A DNA stretch of 64,000 nt from an uncultured delta proteobacterium. GTDB taxonomy: Bacteria; Myxococcota; B64-G9. The translations under genes were made by a program, and so were the position numbers. Location of the stretch: assembly GCA_963754925.1 (NCBI GenBank), contig CAVWHX010000004.1, positions 64,001-128,000 on the forward strand, in the 5' to 3' direction. Under the pieces are notes generated by a model. It did no database searches and was not told where the DNA came from. It worked only from the letters and a program-made list of their open reading frames with translations. This document shows positions 40,837 to 52,932 of this stretch, one piece after another; the first letter of the stretch is position 1; each line of letters starts with the position of its first letter.

Positions 40837-41718
40837 ATGAAGCGTTCCCAATCGCATCCAGGCTGGTGGGTGGTGGGCAGCGCGTTGATCGCTTTCTGGC
40901 TTTCCGTTATGTGGCTGATGTTTTGGCCCGGACGGAATGCGCTGGCAACGGTCGAGTTGTCGTTCTCGGGAACGGAGTTGTTGACCCCGGAAGACGAATG
41001 GCTCGGGGTTTACAGCGCGGGAAAGAAGCTGGGGTACGTGCACTCCACCTTCCGGCGCGACGGCCGGCAGGGGCAGCTCCGTCAGGAATCGCGCCTTTGG
41101 TTTAACGTGACCGCTGGTGTGCTCCAACCGGTGCATTCCGATCTTACGCTCAAGCTCGGTGAACGTGGAGATATGGACAGCTTCGATTTCAACCTTTATG
41201 CCGGGGCGCTTCAAATTGCGTCGCGCGGCCACCTCACCGCCCAGGGCCTTTCGGTTGAATTTGAGGCGGCGGGCGAGACTATTCGTAAAACGCTTCCGCT
41301 CACGACAAAACCGGTATTCGACATAGCACTGCCGCGTTTGCTCGCCCGCCAGGACCTCCGTCCCGGCAGCCGTTTTCAGATCAAGCTCTTTGATCCCCAA
41401 ACGCTTTCCAACCAGCCGACGGTGATTGAAGTCGTCGGCCGGGATGCAATTACGGTCGACGGCCGGTTAGTGGCGGCCATTCATCTTCGCCGCAGCCAGC
41501 CTGAGCGCAGCCAGCCGGTCCTTATCCCGGCCGGCACGGAGCAAGAATTCTGGATCGATGAAGACGGACGCTTGCTTCAGGAAACCATCTCCTTGGGCTT
41601 GACACTCCGGCGGGAAAGCGAGGCAACCGCTACGAGCGGCATCGCGACCGATGGTGTGCCGCTGCCCCATCTGCCGTTGCCGGCCGCGCCGCCATCGATC
41701 ACGAAGGGCACCGAATGA
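40837..41718 (+). CDS. Hypothetical membrane-anchored periplasmic protein
   Basis: N-terminal TM, WLGVYSAGKKLGY, LFDPQTL, FWIDEDGRLLQE; overlaps the ABC ATPase start. Confidence 0.6.
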   Translation: MKRSQSHPGWWVVGSALIAFWLSVMWLMFWPGRNALATVELSFSGTELLTPEDEWLGVYSAGKKLGYVHSTFRRDGRQGQLRQESRLWFNVTAGVLQPVHSDLTLKLGERGDMDSFDFNLYAGALQIASRGHLTAQGLSVEFEAAGETIRKTLPLTTKPVFDIALPRLLARQDLRPGSRFQIKLFDPQTLSNQPTVIEVVGRDAITVDGRLVAAIHLRRSQPERSQPVLIPAGTEQEFWIDEDGRLLQETISLGLTLRRESEATATSGIATDGVPLPHLPLPAAPPSITKGTE

Positions 41719-42476
41719 TTCGCATCGAAAACCTCTCAAAACGCTTTGGCGCTTTTACCGCGCTCAACAACCTCAACCTGGAGGTCCGGCCGGGCGAGGT
41801 CTTCGGTTTCTTGGGCCCCAACGGCGCCGGCAAGACCACCACGATGAAGATCATGGTCGGGCTTATGCGTCCGAGCGCGGGGCGCGTGCTCATCAACGGC
41901 ATTGACGTCGGCCGCGATCCGATAGCCGCCCGACGCCTGATCGGCTACATTCCCGACCATTCTTTTTTGTACGAGAAACTCACGGCGCGCGAGTTCCTGG
42001 CCTTCATCGCGGGGCTGTATGATTACAAGCCGGCGGAGGGAGTGTCGCGCGCCGATCAGTGGCTGAGGCTCTTCGATCTCAGCGCATGGGCCGACGAGCT
42101 GATTGAGAGCTACTCGCTCGGGATGAAGCAGCGGCTCGCCATGGCGGCGGCCTTGCTGCACCGCCCGAAGGTTATCATTGTCGACGAGCCTATGGTCGGT
42201 CTCGACCCGCAGGGGGCGGTGCTCGTCAAGGCGCTCTTTCGAAAACTGTGCCAGACCGGCCAACAGACGATATTTCTATCCACCCACCTGCTGGAGGTCG
42301 CCGAGGATTTATGCGATCGGGTGGCCATACTGCACCGCGGCCAGGTGGTTGCCCAGGGCAGCATTGAAGCCATCCGCACGCAGGTCGGCGCAACCGGAGG
42401 TCGGCTGGAGGACTTGTTTTTACAACTCACCGGCGCGCTGGACGTCGAGGCGGCCGTCAAGGTCTTTCAACCGTGA
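41715..42476 (+). CDS. ABC transporter ATP-binding protein
   Basis: GPNGAGKTT, YSLGMKQR, VDEPMVGLDP. Confidence 0.93.
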   Translation: MIRIENLSKRFGAFTALNNLNLEVRPGEVFGFLGPNGAGKTTTMKIMVGLMRPSAGRVLINGIDVGRDPIAARRLIGYIPDHSFLYEKLTAREFLAFIAGLYDYKPAEGVSRADQWLRLFDLSAWADELIESYSLGMKQRLAMAAALLHRPKVIIVDEPMVGLDPQGAVLVKALFRKLCQTGQQTIFLSTHLLEVAEDLCDRVAILHRGQVVAQGSIEAIRTQVGATGGRLEDLFLQLTGALDVEAAVKVFQP

Positions 42477-44179
42477 CGGTCGAACTGCAATTTTTCTGGC
42501 TTTTGTTGCGCACCAAATTGCGGGGTGTCGCCCGCCTGCGCTCGGGAAGGGCCCGACGCGATGTGCTGCGGGCGGCGTTTTGGCTGGGAATGGGGATCAT
42601 TTTCGCCTACGGGATATTCGCGGGGGCGGAATGGTTCTTACGACAGTGCTTGGCGGTCGAGCTGGTCGGCCAATTCATCCCGCGCAAGGCGATGACCTTG
42701 GTGTTGCTGGTTCTGGCTTCGATCCTGGTGCTCTCGACCACGATAAGCTCTTTTTCGGTGTTCTTTTTGTCCGAAGATCTCGTCGTGCTGCATAGCGCGC
42801 CGGTGCCGATAGGATCATTGTATTTCGCCCGTTTTGTCGAAATGGTGATGGTCTCATCCTGGATGGTGTGGTTTTTTGGGCTGCCGTTGTTTCTCGCCTA
42901 CGGGCGCGTGTACCAGGCTTCGCCTGCCTACTACCTGGCGCTGGCCGCGCTCTTTCCCCTGCTCATGCTGATCCCGGCTGCGTTGGGCGCCTTGATCGCC
43001 ACCATCCTCACCTGGCTGTTCTCGGCCCGGCGTTCGCGAGATTTGCTTATCGTATTGGCCATGCTGGGCTTTGTGGTGGTCTATCTTCTTATTCGAGCCA
43101 TCAAGCCCGAGCAACTGCTTCAGCCTGGCTCGTTTGAAAGCATGATGGAGTTCCTTAATATGTTTCGGGCGCCCGACCTCGACTGGTTGCCGACCGTCTG
43201 GACCACCAACGTGCTGTTCCCTCTGCTCCTCGGCAAGCCGGTGGTGTCCTGGTTGCCGCTTCTGGGAGTAGTTGCCACGGCTCTGGGCATGTGCTCGGTA
43301 TGCGGCATGATAGGAACAACGCTGTACACCTCCGGTTTTTGTCGCGCTCAGGAGGGACGTGTGCGCGGCGTTATCGCAGAAGCCGCGGCGCGCCGGGGAC
43401 GCATTCTGGGCACGTGGTTTGATTGGCTCGGCGCGCGGGTTGGAAAAACCACGGGCGCGTTCCTGGTCAAAGACGTCCGGGTGTTTTGGCGCGACACCAA
43501 TCAGTGGCTCCAGCTGATATTGTTGTTTGCGCTCGGGGCGGTGTATTTGCTCAATTTTGTGTACCTGCGGGTGGCCAACTTCAACTGGTTTACGCTGTAC
43601 GCCGTCAATCACGTTCTACTCGGGTTAGTCGTAAGCGGCGTCGCAGTCCGTTTTGTGTTCCCGGCCGTGAGTCTCGAGGGCCGCGTTTTCTGGCTTGTCC
43701 GCGTTGCGCCGATTCGATTGAGGGACGTCCTCCACAGCAAACTTCTCATCCACCTCGTACCGCTGCTGTTGCTCGGCCAGACGCTGGCAATTGCCTCCTG
43801 CGTAGTGATCGGCGTCCCGCGTCTGTTCGTCGTAATCTCGTCGGGACTCGTGGCGGCCATGACCCTCACCATCAGTTGTCTGGGAATTGGCTGGGGCGCA
43901 ATCTACCCGCGCTTTAATGCCGATAGCCCAGCCAAGATTCCCACCGGGGTCGGCGGGGTCAGCTTCATGGTGCTCAGCATGGGATTCGTGTTGGTTTTTC
44001 TGCTCGTAAGCTTCTACCCTTTGTTTGTATTGTTTCAGCTGCCGCGACATATGACCAACCCGATTCCACGACCGCTATGGTTCTATGGCTCGCTCGTTGG
44101 CACGGTGCTTATGGTATTGGGTGGGTGTTTTGTACCGATGCTCCTTGGGCGAATCAGTCTGGAACGCAGAGAGGATTAG
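42473..44179 (+). CDS. Putative ABC-2-type permease
   Basis: About 12-14 TM segments; KDVRVFWRD, RFVFPAVSLEG; follows the ATPase. Confidence 0.8.
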   Translation: MTVELQFFWLLLRTKLRGVARLRSGRARRDVLRAAFWLGMGIIFAYGIFAGAEWFLRQCLAVELVGQFIPRKAMTLVLLVLASILVLSTTISSFSVFFLSEDLVVLHSAPVPIGSLYFARFVEMVMVSSWMVWFFGLPLFLAYGRVYQASPAYYLALAALFPLLMLIPAALGALIATILTWLFSARRSRDLLIVLAMLGFVVVYLLIRAIKPEQLLQPGSFESMMEFLNMFRAPDLDWLPTVWTTNVLFPLLLGKPVVSWLPLLGVVATALGMCSVCGMIGTTLYTSGFCRAQEGRVRGVIAEAAARRGRILGTWFDWLGARVGKTTGAFLVKDVRVFWRDTNQWLQLILLFALGAVYLLNFVYLRVANFNWFTLYAVNHVLLGLVVSGVAVRFVFPAVSLEGRVFWLVRVAPIRLRDVLHSKLLIHLVPLLLLGQTLAIASCVVIGVPRLFVVISSGLVAAMTLTISCLGIGWGAIYPRFNADSPAKIPTGVGGVSFMVLSMGFVLVFLLVSFYPLFVLFQLPRHMTNPIPRPLWFYGSLVGTVLMVLGGCFVPMLLGRISLERRED

Positions 44180-44230
44180 AGACTGTTAGCAAACGCAGTG
44201 AGCGTTACAGTCTCTTATCCCCGAAGGGGA
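44176..44230 (-). repeat. GGATAAGAGA...TCTCTAA mini-element overlapping the stops of two convergent genes
   Basis: Minus strand TCCCC-TTC-GGGGATAAGAGACTGTAACGC-tcactgcgttt-GCTAACAGTCTCTAA. Confidence 0.75.
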
Positions 44231-45518
44231 ATAGATGTAGTGCCTTCGTTCTAAATTCTTCACGGAAGGGATTGAAGGTGCCGATCCGGACCCTCGGCAA
44301 CACTCTTCGCAGCTCTTGGACAAATCGGAACAAACCAAGTGTGGGGCCATGGGCCGGTGAGACTTTGTCGCAGAGCCAGTCCGGATCCACGTCGAGGTTG
44401 CGGAGTTGCACGCCGTGAGCCCGGGTGCGACGCAGCAGGCCGAAGAGCGCATCAAACTCACCCTGGCGATCGGTGAAGCCGGGGAACGTCAGCAGATTCA
44501 GCGATACATAGATGCCACGCGCAACCGCTTCGGTCACAAAGCGTTCGACGGTAGCAAGGGTGAAGTCGCCACGGTGGTAGGCGGCGAACGAAGCCTCCCG
44601 GGCGGAAAAGAGACTCACCCGCGCGCTATTGAGGCCTGCGGCCGCTAACATCGGGACCGCTTCGGGCCGACTACCGTTGGTGTTCATGTGGATGGTGCCC
44701 CGTCGCGTTTGTGTTCGGATCTGACGAACAGCCTCGGCGATGGTATCGGCGTACAACAGGGGCTCGCCCTCGCAGCCTTGGCCAAAGCTTACCATGGCGG
44801 GTTTCGCCCGCCACAAATGATGCAGAGCCAGCGCGACGATATCCACCAGCGGCGGCGGCGCGCGGAGGCGGTCTTGCGGGCTACCGACCTCCCCTTCTTG
44901 ATGCGAGATGCATCCCAGGCAGCGGGCATTGCACCGCGGCGAAACGGGCAACGCCGCCTCATAGCCGCCCAGGAAAAAGTTGCGCGCCGTGCAACAGTAA
45001 TACGCGCGCGTACAGTGCGCGAGCTGCCTAAGGAGTTTGTTTCTCGGAAAGCGCGCTTCGAATCTCGCGATACGGCGCTCCCAATCGGTGCGGGAAAATC
45101 GTTCCGGATCCCAGTGCGTGTGTCGGTCGAGACGAAAGGCCGCGGCCACAAGCTGCCCGCCGCGCAGACCGACGGCGGTATAGGCGCGCAGCGGAAGCTG
45201 CGGAGCGCCGTCGCCCGTACGGGCAGCCGGCAGCAGCAACCGCAGATACCCCGGCGGCAGGACAGCGGCGACGGCCGACGGCATCAGGCAGCCTTCGGGC
45301 AGCTTGATGGAACGCAGGCTGACTGCTCGACCGCTCTGCGGGTGAAAACCGCGCGGCAGCCGGCCCGGCAAGCGCACGAGCTGGGCGCTTTCCGGCAGCG
45401 GGATGAAGCGCTCGGCGGCCTCGGCCGGTATCAAACGATTGAACGAGGCGCCGGCAAAAAGCAGCGACGGGTGGTCGTATATCCGTCCGGCGTCATCGGC
45501 AAACAACATTCGCACCAC
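44205..45518 (-). CDS. Radical SAM protein of unknown function
   Basis: CNARCLGC, SFGQGCEGEP, NTNGS; extra Cys motif HCTRAYYCCTA. Confidence 0.85.
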   Translation of the reverse strand: MVRMLFADDAGRIYDHPSLLFAGASFNRLIPAEAAERFIPLPESAQLVRLPGRLPRGFHPQSGRAVSLRSIKLPEGCLMPSAVAAVLPPGYLRLLLPAARTGDGAPQLPLRAYTAVGLRGGQLVAAAFRLDRHTHWDPERFSRTDWERRIARFEARFPRNKLLRQLAHCTRAYYCCTARNFFLGGYEAALPVSPRCNARCLGCISHQEGEVGSPQDRLRAPPPLVDIVALALHHLWRAKPAMVSFGQGCEGEPLLYADTIAEAVRQIRTQTRRGTIHMNTNGSRPEAVPMLAAAGLNSARVSLFSAREASFAAYHRGDFTLATVERFVTEAVARGIYVSLNLLTFPGFTDRQGEFDALFGLLRRTRAHGVQLRNLDVDPDWLCDKVSPAHGPTLGLFRFVQELRRVLPRVRIGTFNPFREEFRTKALHLFPFGDKRL

Positions 45519-45527
45519 GGGCGCTCC

Positions 45528-47054
45528 CTAATAGGTGTCCCCGAAGCGGACCTCGAACTGCTCGCGGTGGTAGTCCCAACGCGAGTCTACCCGGACCTGG
45601 AGTCCTAAGCGTCGCTCGATCGACTCGAGTGCTTCGTTTTCCTCGTTGATTAAGTGCTTGCCGACCGACGGATTGGTCATCACCACCACACTGCCGGTCC
45701 GGCCGTGCGCCTCGCGCTCGATCGCCCGTATGATCTCGTAGGACACGGTGGCAGGAGATTTAACGCGTCCGGTGCCCTCGCAGGCCGGGCATACCTGCGA
45801 CATCGACTGCGACAGGCTTTCGCGAACGCGCTTACGGGTCATCTCGATCAGCCCCAGTTCTGAAATCTTTAAAATGTTGGTCCGCGCGCGATCGTGGATC
45901 AAGGCTTCCTGCAAGGCATTGTACACTTTCTCGCGGTTGGCGGGCCGCTCCATATCGATGAAGTCGATGATGATGATGCCGCCCAGATCGCGCAACCGAA
46001 GCTGGCAGACAATCTCCTTGACCGCCTCGAGATTGATTTTCGTAATGGTGTCCTCGAGATTGTATTTCCCGACATACTTGCCGGTATTGACGTCGATGGC
46101 GGTCAGCGCCTCGGTTTCGTCGATAACGATATAACCGCCGCTTTTAAGCCAGACCTTGCGGCCGAACGTGCGCTCGATCTCGAGTTCGATGCCGACAAAA
46201 TCGAAGAGCGGCTCCGAACCCGCGTAATATTCGACCCGGGGCGCCAGGGCCGGCATGAAGGTGCGTACAAACTCCAGTAAGCGGCGGTGCTCTTCCGCGT
46301 CATCGATTAACACGCGGCTGACCTCCGCGGTGAACAGATCGCGCGTCGTTCGGCGAATCAAATCCAGATCCTGGTAGAGTTGGGCCGGGGCGTTGACGTG
46401 CTCGGCCCGTGCTTGCACGTCGTCCCATAACCGGATTAAAAAATCCATATCGGCCTTGAGCGCTTCCTCGTCGGTTCCCTCAGCCGCGGTGCGGATGATA
46501 AAACCGGTAGCTGACGGACGCAGCCGCTCTATCATTTCCTTGAGACGATTTCGCTCCGCCTCGTTGGCAATGCGCCGCGATACACCAACATGATCGACGG
46601 TGGGTAAGAACACCAACAGTCGTCCGGGCAAGGTGATGTGGGTGGTGAGCCGAGCGCCTTTGGTGCTGATAGGGTCCTTGGCGATCTGCACCAGCAATTC
46701 CTGGCCGGGGTGGAGCAAATCGGTGATGCGCCACGGTGCCTCGCTAGGTACCGGCGCTTCGGCTTCAACCTCGGCCTCGGGGTCGATGCCGTCATCTTCG
46801 GTCAACCCAAACGGATCGGCGGTATCCGGCGGCGCCGCGTCCGACACGTACAGAAAGCCGGCCTTTTCAAGGCCCAGATCAACGAAGGCCGCATCCATCC
46901 CCGGGAGGACGCGCACCACCTTCCCTTTGTAGATGCCTCCCACCAACCCGCGTTCTCCGGGGTGCTCGATGAAAAGCTCCGCCAATGAGCCCTGTTCAAT
47001 GAGAGCTACACGCCGTTCGTTGTGGACGGCATTTATCACCAGCGTCTTGCTCAT
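45528..47054 (-). CDS. rng: Ribonuclease G/E family
   Basis: IYKGKVVRVLPGMDAAFVD, KDPISTKGARLT, IDVNTG, LRDLGGIIIIDFIDM, CPACEGTG. Confidence 0.93.
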   Translation of the reverse strand: MSKTLVINAVHNERRVALIEQGSLAELFIEHPGERGLVGGIYKGKVVRVLPGMDAAFVDLGLEKAGFLYVSDAAPPDTADPFGLTEDDGIDPEAEVEAEAPVPSEAPWRITDLLHPGQELLVQIAKDPISTKGARLTTHITLPGRLLVFLPTVDHVGVSRRIANEAERNRLKEMIERLRPSATGFIIRTAAEGTDEEALKADMDFLIRLWDDVQARAEHVNAPAQLYQDLDLIRRTTRDLFTAEVSRVLIDDAEEHRRLLEFVRTFMPALAPRVEYYAGSEPLFDFVGIELEIERTFGRKVWLKSGGYIVIDETEALTAIDVNTGKYVGKYNLEDTITKINLEAVKEIVCQLRLRDLGGIIIIDFIDMERPANREKVYNALQEALIHDRARTNILKISELGLIEMTRKRVRESLSQSMSQVCPACEGTGRVKSPATVSYEIIRAIEREAHGRTGSVVVMTNPSVGKHLINEENEALESIERRLGLQVRVDSRWDYHREQFEVRFGDTY

Positions 47055-49648
47055 GCCTGTTCTCCTATCGAAATGACTGGTACCGGTTGCGCCCACAACA
47101 GCTCCTCGCGCAGCACGGGTATGTTGGTCAGACCGAAAGCTATCTCAGCCACCTCGCTCGGCCGCACCAGGGGGCCCGCCGTGAGTAACAGTTCAAGTAC
47201 CGCCTCGGACCCCTGGCGCCCGCATTCAATGTCGAATCGGCCGATACTGCCGCGGGCCTCTATCGCGCGCATACGGCCCTTGGTTATCCGGGTTATCGCC
47301 ACCCGATCGCGCCGCTGAAGCTCCCTGACGCCTCGTTCGGCGAGCTCCCGATCGATGCTGCCGAGAAAGAGGCGATAGCGCACGGCACGAGCGCTCTTCA
47401 TGATCCCGGACGCCCCGGGTTGCAAAAGCTCGGCTGAAAGCAGGGCGATCCCGCCCGCGAGTTGTTCGCGCAAGGAGGTGGTCAAGACAGAAAGATCCGG
47501 TTGCCCCGATACGGCGACATCCACAAATTCGGCCCGGCTTTCGGTGCCGACCGGGCATGCGGGACCGCACGACAGGCGTGGTTTGGGATGGAACCCGCTG
47601 CTATAGAACAGCGGCCATCGGGCGCGGCGCAGGCTGCGTTCGATCGCCCCGAGAAACTCAAGGTGGCTGATGAGGCTTGCCGGGCCGGTTTTCGAAAAGC
47701 GCAGGCGAATCCAGATCGGGCTGCCGCCGGCGCCGGATGGCCAAAGCGTTCGCCGGCTATCGGTTCCCTGATCCTGATTATGGTCGGAAACCGATCGTGT
47801 CGTGGTCGGGGAGCAGGCTGCACGGTCCAGCCGCGGCGCAATACCTTCCTCGCAGGCGCCGCAGGCGTTACAGGTATGCTGGGAACAGTCTGGCGTGAGC
47901 TCCGAAGCCAGTGCCCGCTCGCGCTCCTTTAATAAAAACTCGCGGCTCGGCCCCATATCGAGATGCTGCCAAGGCAGGACCTCGTCGATCGAACGGCCGC
48001 GGCGGAAGACCTCGGGAGATCCCGGAATCGGAATGGCAGAAAAAGATTGCTCAAACAACCGCGCCTGGTAGTGCTCCGACCAACCGGCCAATCGCTGACC
48101 GGCCTCGGCCAGGTACGCTAAAACCGAAAATTGGCGGCGATCACCGCGGGCGAGCAAGCCCTCGGCCCAGCTCATTTCGGGGTGCGGCAGGGCCAGTTTG
48201 ACCCCGGGCACCCGGCGAAAGCCTTCCTTGAGCGCAGCCTGGGCCTCAGTTATCTCTGCCCGCGACATCATGCGCTCCCACTGAAACGGCGTGTGCGCCT
48301 TTGGGACAAAGGTGGATACCCCGACATTAATACGCGGCCGCAACCCGGCCGCAAGAAGCTCATCCCGAAGACGGGCCACCAACGCGACGATCGCCTCCCG
48401 GTCGGCGGTCGTCTCGGTCGGCAACCCAATCATGAAGTACAGCTTCAACAGTCGCCAGCCAGCTCGAAAGGCGCCCATGGCGGCGCGGATTATTTCAGAC
48501 TCGTCGATGTCTTTGTTGATCACCCGACGCAGTCGCTCGCTACCAGCCTCGGCGGCAATGGTAAAGCTCGAGGTGCGCACCATACGAACGAGCTCGGCGA
48601 GCCTCGGCGTCAGCGTCTCGGCCCGTAAGGATGGCAGGCTTGCCCCGATGCGGGCGTCGCCGTGCCGATCGAAGAAACGTTCCAAGATACCCAGAATGTT
48701 GGGATGATCGCCGGCCGAAAGGCTCAGGAACGAGACTTGATCGTAGCCCGTACAAGGCACGGCGCGATCAACCGCTTCCAAGACGGTGTCAGCCGAGCGC
48801 TGCCGCACCGGTCGGTTTATCATGCCGGCATGACAAAACCGGCAACCGCGGGTGCAGCCGCGCTGAATCTCTAGGGTCAGGCGATCATGGACCGTCTGGA
48901 TGCCGGCCACCACGGGCCGTGCAGGCGGCGGCAGGCTATCGAGGTCAGGCAGCAGCCGGCGTTTAACCACAACGGGAGCACTATCGAGCGGCACAATCGT
49001 GCGCAGCGATCCATCCTGGCCGTAGTGGATCCGGTACCGCTGGGGAAGGTATATGCCCGACACCCCCTGAAGCTCATCAAGAATCTGGCTGCGAGAAGCC
49101 CGGCGGCGGCGGAGGCGCCCGACCAATCGAGCTACCTCGACGATTCCCTCCTCGCCATCTCCTAAGAAGACCGCATCCAGGGCCTCGGCCAGGGGTTCGG
49201 GATTGGACGCACACGGCCCGCCGGCAATGACGATGGGATGATCGCCCGAACGTTCGACGCTGCGCAGTGGGATTCTGCCGAGCGTCAGCATCGCCAGCAC
49301 ATCGACAAAGTTGAGCTCGTGTTGAAGGGTAAAACCTACCAGATCGAATGCATGCAGCGGGGTGCGCGACTCCAGAGAAGCAAGCGGCAATGCGGCTCGG
49401 CGCAGCTGTTTTTCCAAATCGATATCAGGTGCAAAAACGCGCTCGGCCCAGAGATCCGACGTGCTGTTGACGGCGTCGTACAGCACCTGTAGGCCCAGAT
49501 AACTCATGGCCAGTTCGTACAGATCCGGATAACACAGAGCAACCCGGCAGATAACATTTGTTGGGTCTTTTATGACAGCGTTGACCTCGTTGCCGAGATA
49601 GCGGCCGGGGTGGCGCACCGAACGCAGGATATCGTCGAATGACCTCAT
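47051..49648 (-). CDS. TIGR03960-family B12-binding radical SAM fused to a TIGR03936 (DUF2344) domain
   Basis: PGRYLGNE, YPDLYE, RGCTRGCRFC, FVPKAHTPFQW, LPWQH; C-terminal ISHLE...YSSGFHPKP. Confidence 0.88.
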   Translation of the reverse strand: MRSFDDILRSVRHPGRYLGNEVNAVIKDPTNVICRVALCYPDLYELAMSYLGLQVLYDAVNSTSDLWAERVFAPDIDLEKQLRRAALPLASLESRTPLHAFDLVGFTLQHELNFVDVLAMLTLGRIPLRSVERSGDHPIVIAGGPCASNPEPLAEALDAVFLGDGEEGIVEVARLVGRLRRRRASRSQILDELQGVSGIYLPQRYRIHYGQDGSLRTIVPLDSAPVVVKRRLLPDLDSLPPPARPVVAGIQTVHDRLTLEIQRGCTRGCRFCHAGMINRPVRQRSADTVLEAVDRAVPCTGYDQVSFLSLSAGDHPNILGILERFFDRHGDARIGASLPSLRAETLTPRLAELVRMVRTSSFTIAAEAGSERLRRVINKDIDESEIIRAAMGAFRAGWRLLKLYFMIGLPTETTADREAIVALVARLRDELLAAGLRPRINVGVSTFVPKAHTPFQWERMMSRAEITEAQAALKEGFRRVPGVKLALPHPEMSWAEGLLARGDRRQFSVLAYLAEAGQRLAGWSEHYQARLFEQSFSAIPIPGSPEVFRRGRSIDEVLPWQHLDMGPSREFLLKERERALASELTPDCSQHTCNACGACEEGIAPRLDRAACSPTTTRSVSDHNQDQGTDSRRTLWPSGAGGSPIWIRLRFSKTGPASLISHLEFLGAIERSLRRARWPLFYSSGFHPKPRLSCGPACPVGTESRAEFVDVAVSGQPDLSVLTTSLREQLAGGIALLSAELLQPGASGIMKSARAVRYRLFLGSIDRELAERGVRELQRRDRVAITRITKGRMRAIEARGSIGRFDIECGRQGSEAVLELLLTAGPLVRPSEVAEIAFGLTNIPVLREELLWAQPVPVISIGEQA

Positions 49649-49730
49649 GCTACAGGCAATCTAACATGACCAGAACGATTCAACCAACTTCCCTGAGAAG
49701 CTACCTTCTTTCTGCTCTCTCCCAATTCTG

Positions 49731-49945
49731 AGGGTGTCGTAAATTGCTTTAGATGTCATTCCCGCGGAAGCGGGAATCCCAGGAGCCCGTTAGCGAGCTT
49801 TGCTCGCGTTACGGGCGCCTGTAGGGCGATTCAAGAATCGCCCTACAACCCCCTTCTGGACCCCCGCCTTAGAGATTGTAGCAAGCGAAGCGAAGCTGAG
49901 CGAGGCGTACAATCTCTTATCCCTTTAGGGGTTCGCGGGAGTGAC
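49731..49945. repeat. Composite REP cluster with nested hairpins and a 63-nt mini-element (49869-49931)
   Basis: GTCATTCCCGCGGAAGCGGGAATCC; GCCCGTTAGC...GTTACGGGC; GTAGGGCGATTC-AA-GAATCGCCCTAC; CTGGACCCCCGCC[insert]TTCGCGGGAGTGAC. Confidence 0.85.
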
Positions 49946-49989
49946 GAGCGTTTTTGATCTGTGTAACACCAACAACATGAGAGAGAATA

Positions 49990-52907
<2,918 letters not shown>

Positions 52908-52932
52908 CCCCAGAAACCCCTTTCTGCTGATC

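Noticed and set aside
44176..44230. Tn5/Nextera mosaic-end adapter contamination (ATAAGAGAC resembles TATAAGAGACAG)
   Set aside because: Only about 9 nt match; copies have covarying hairpin stems and specific genomic contexts, which adapters would not
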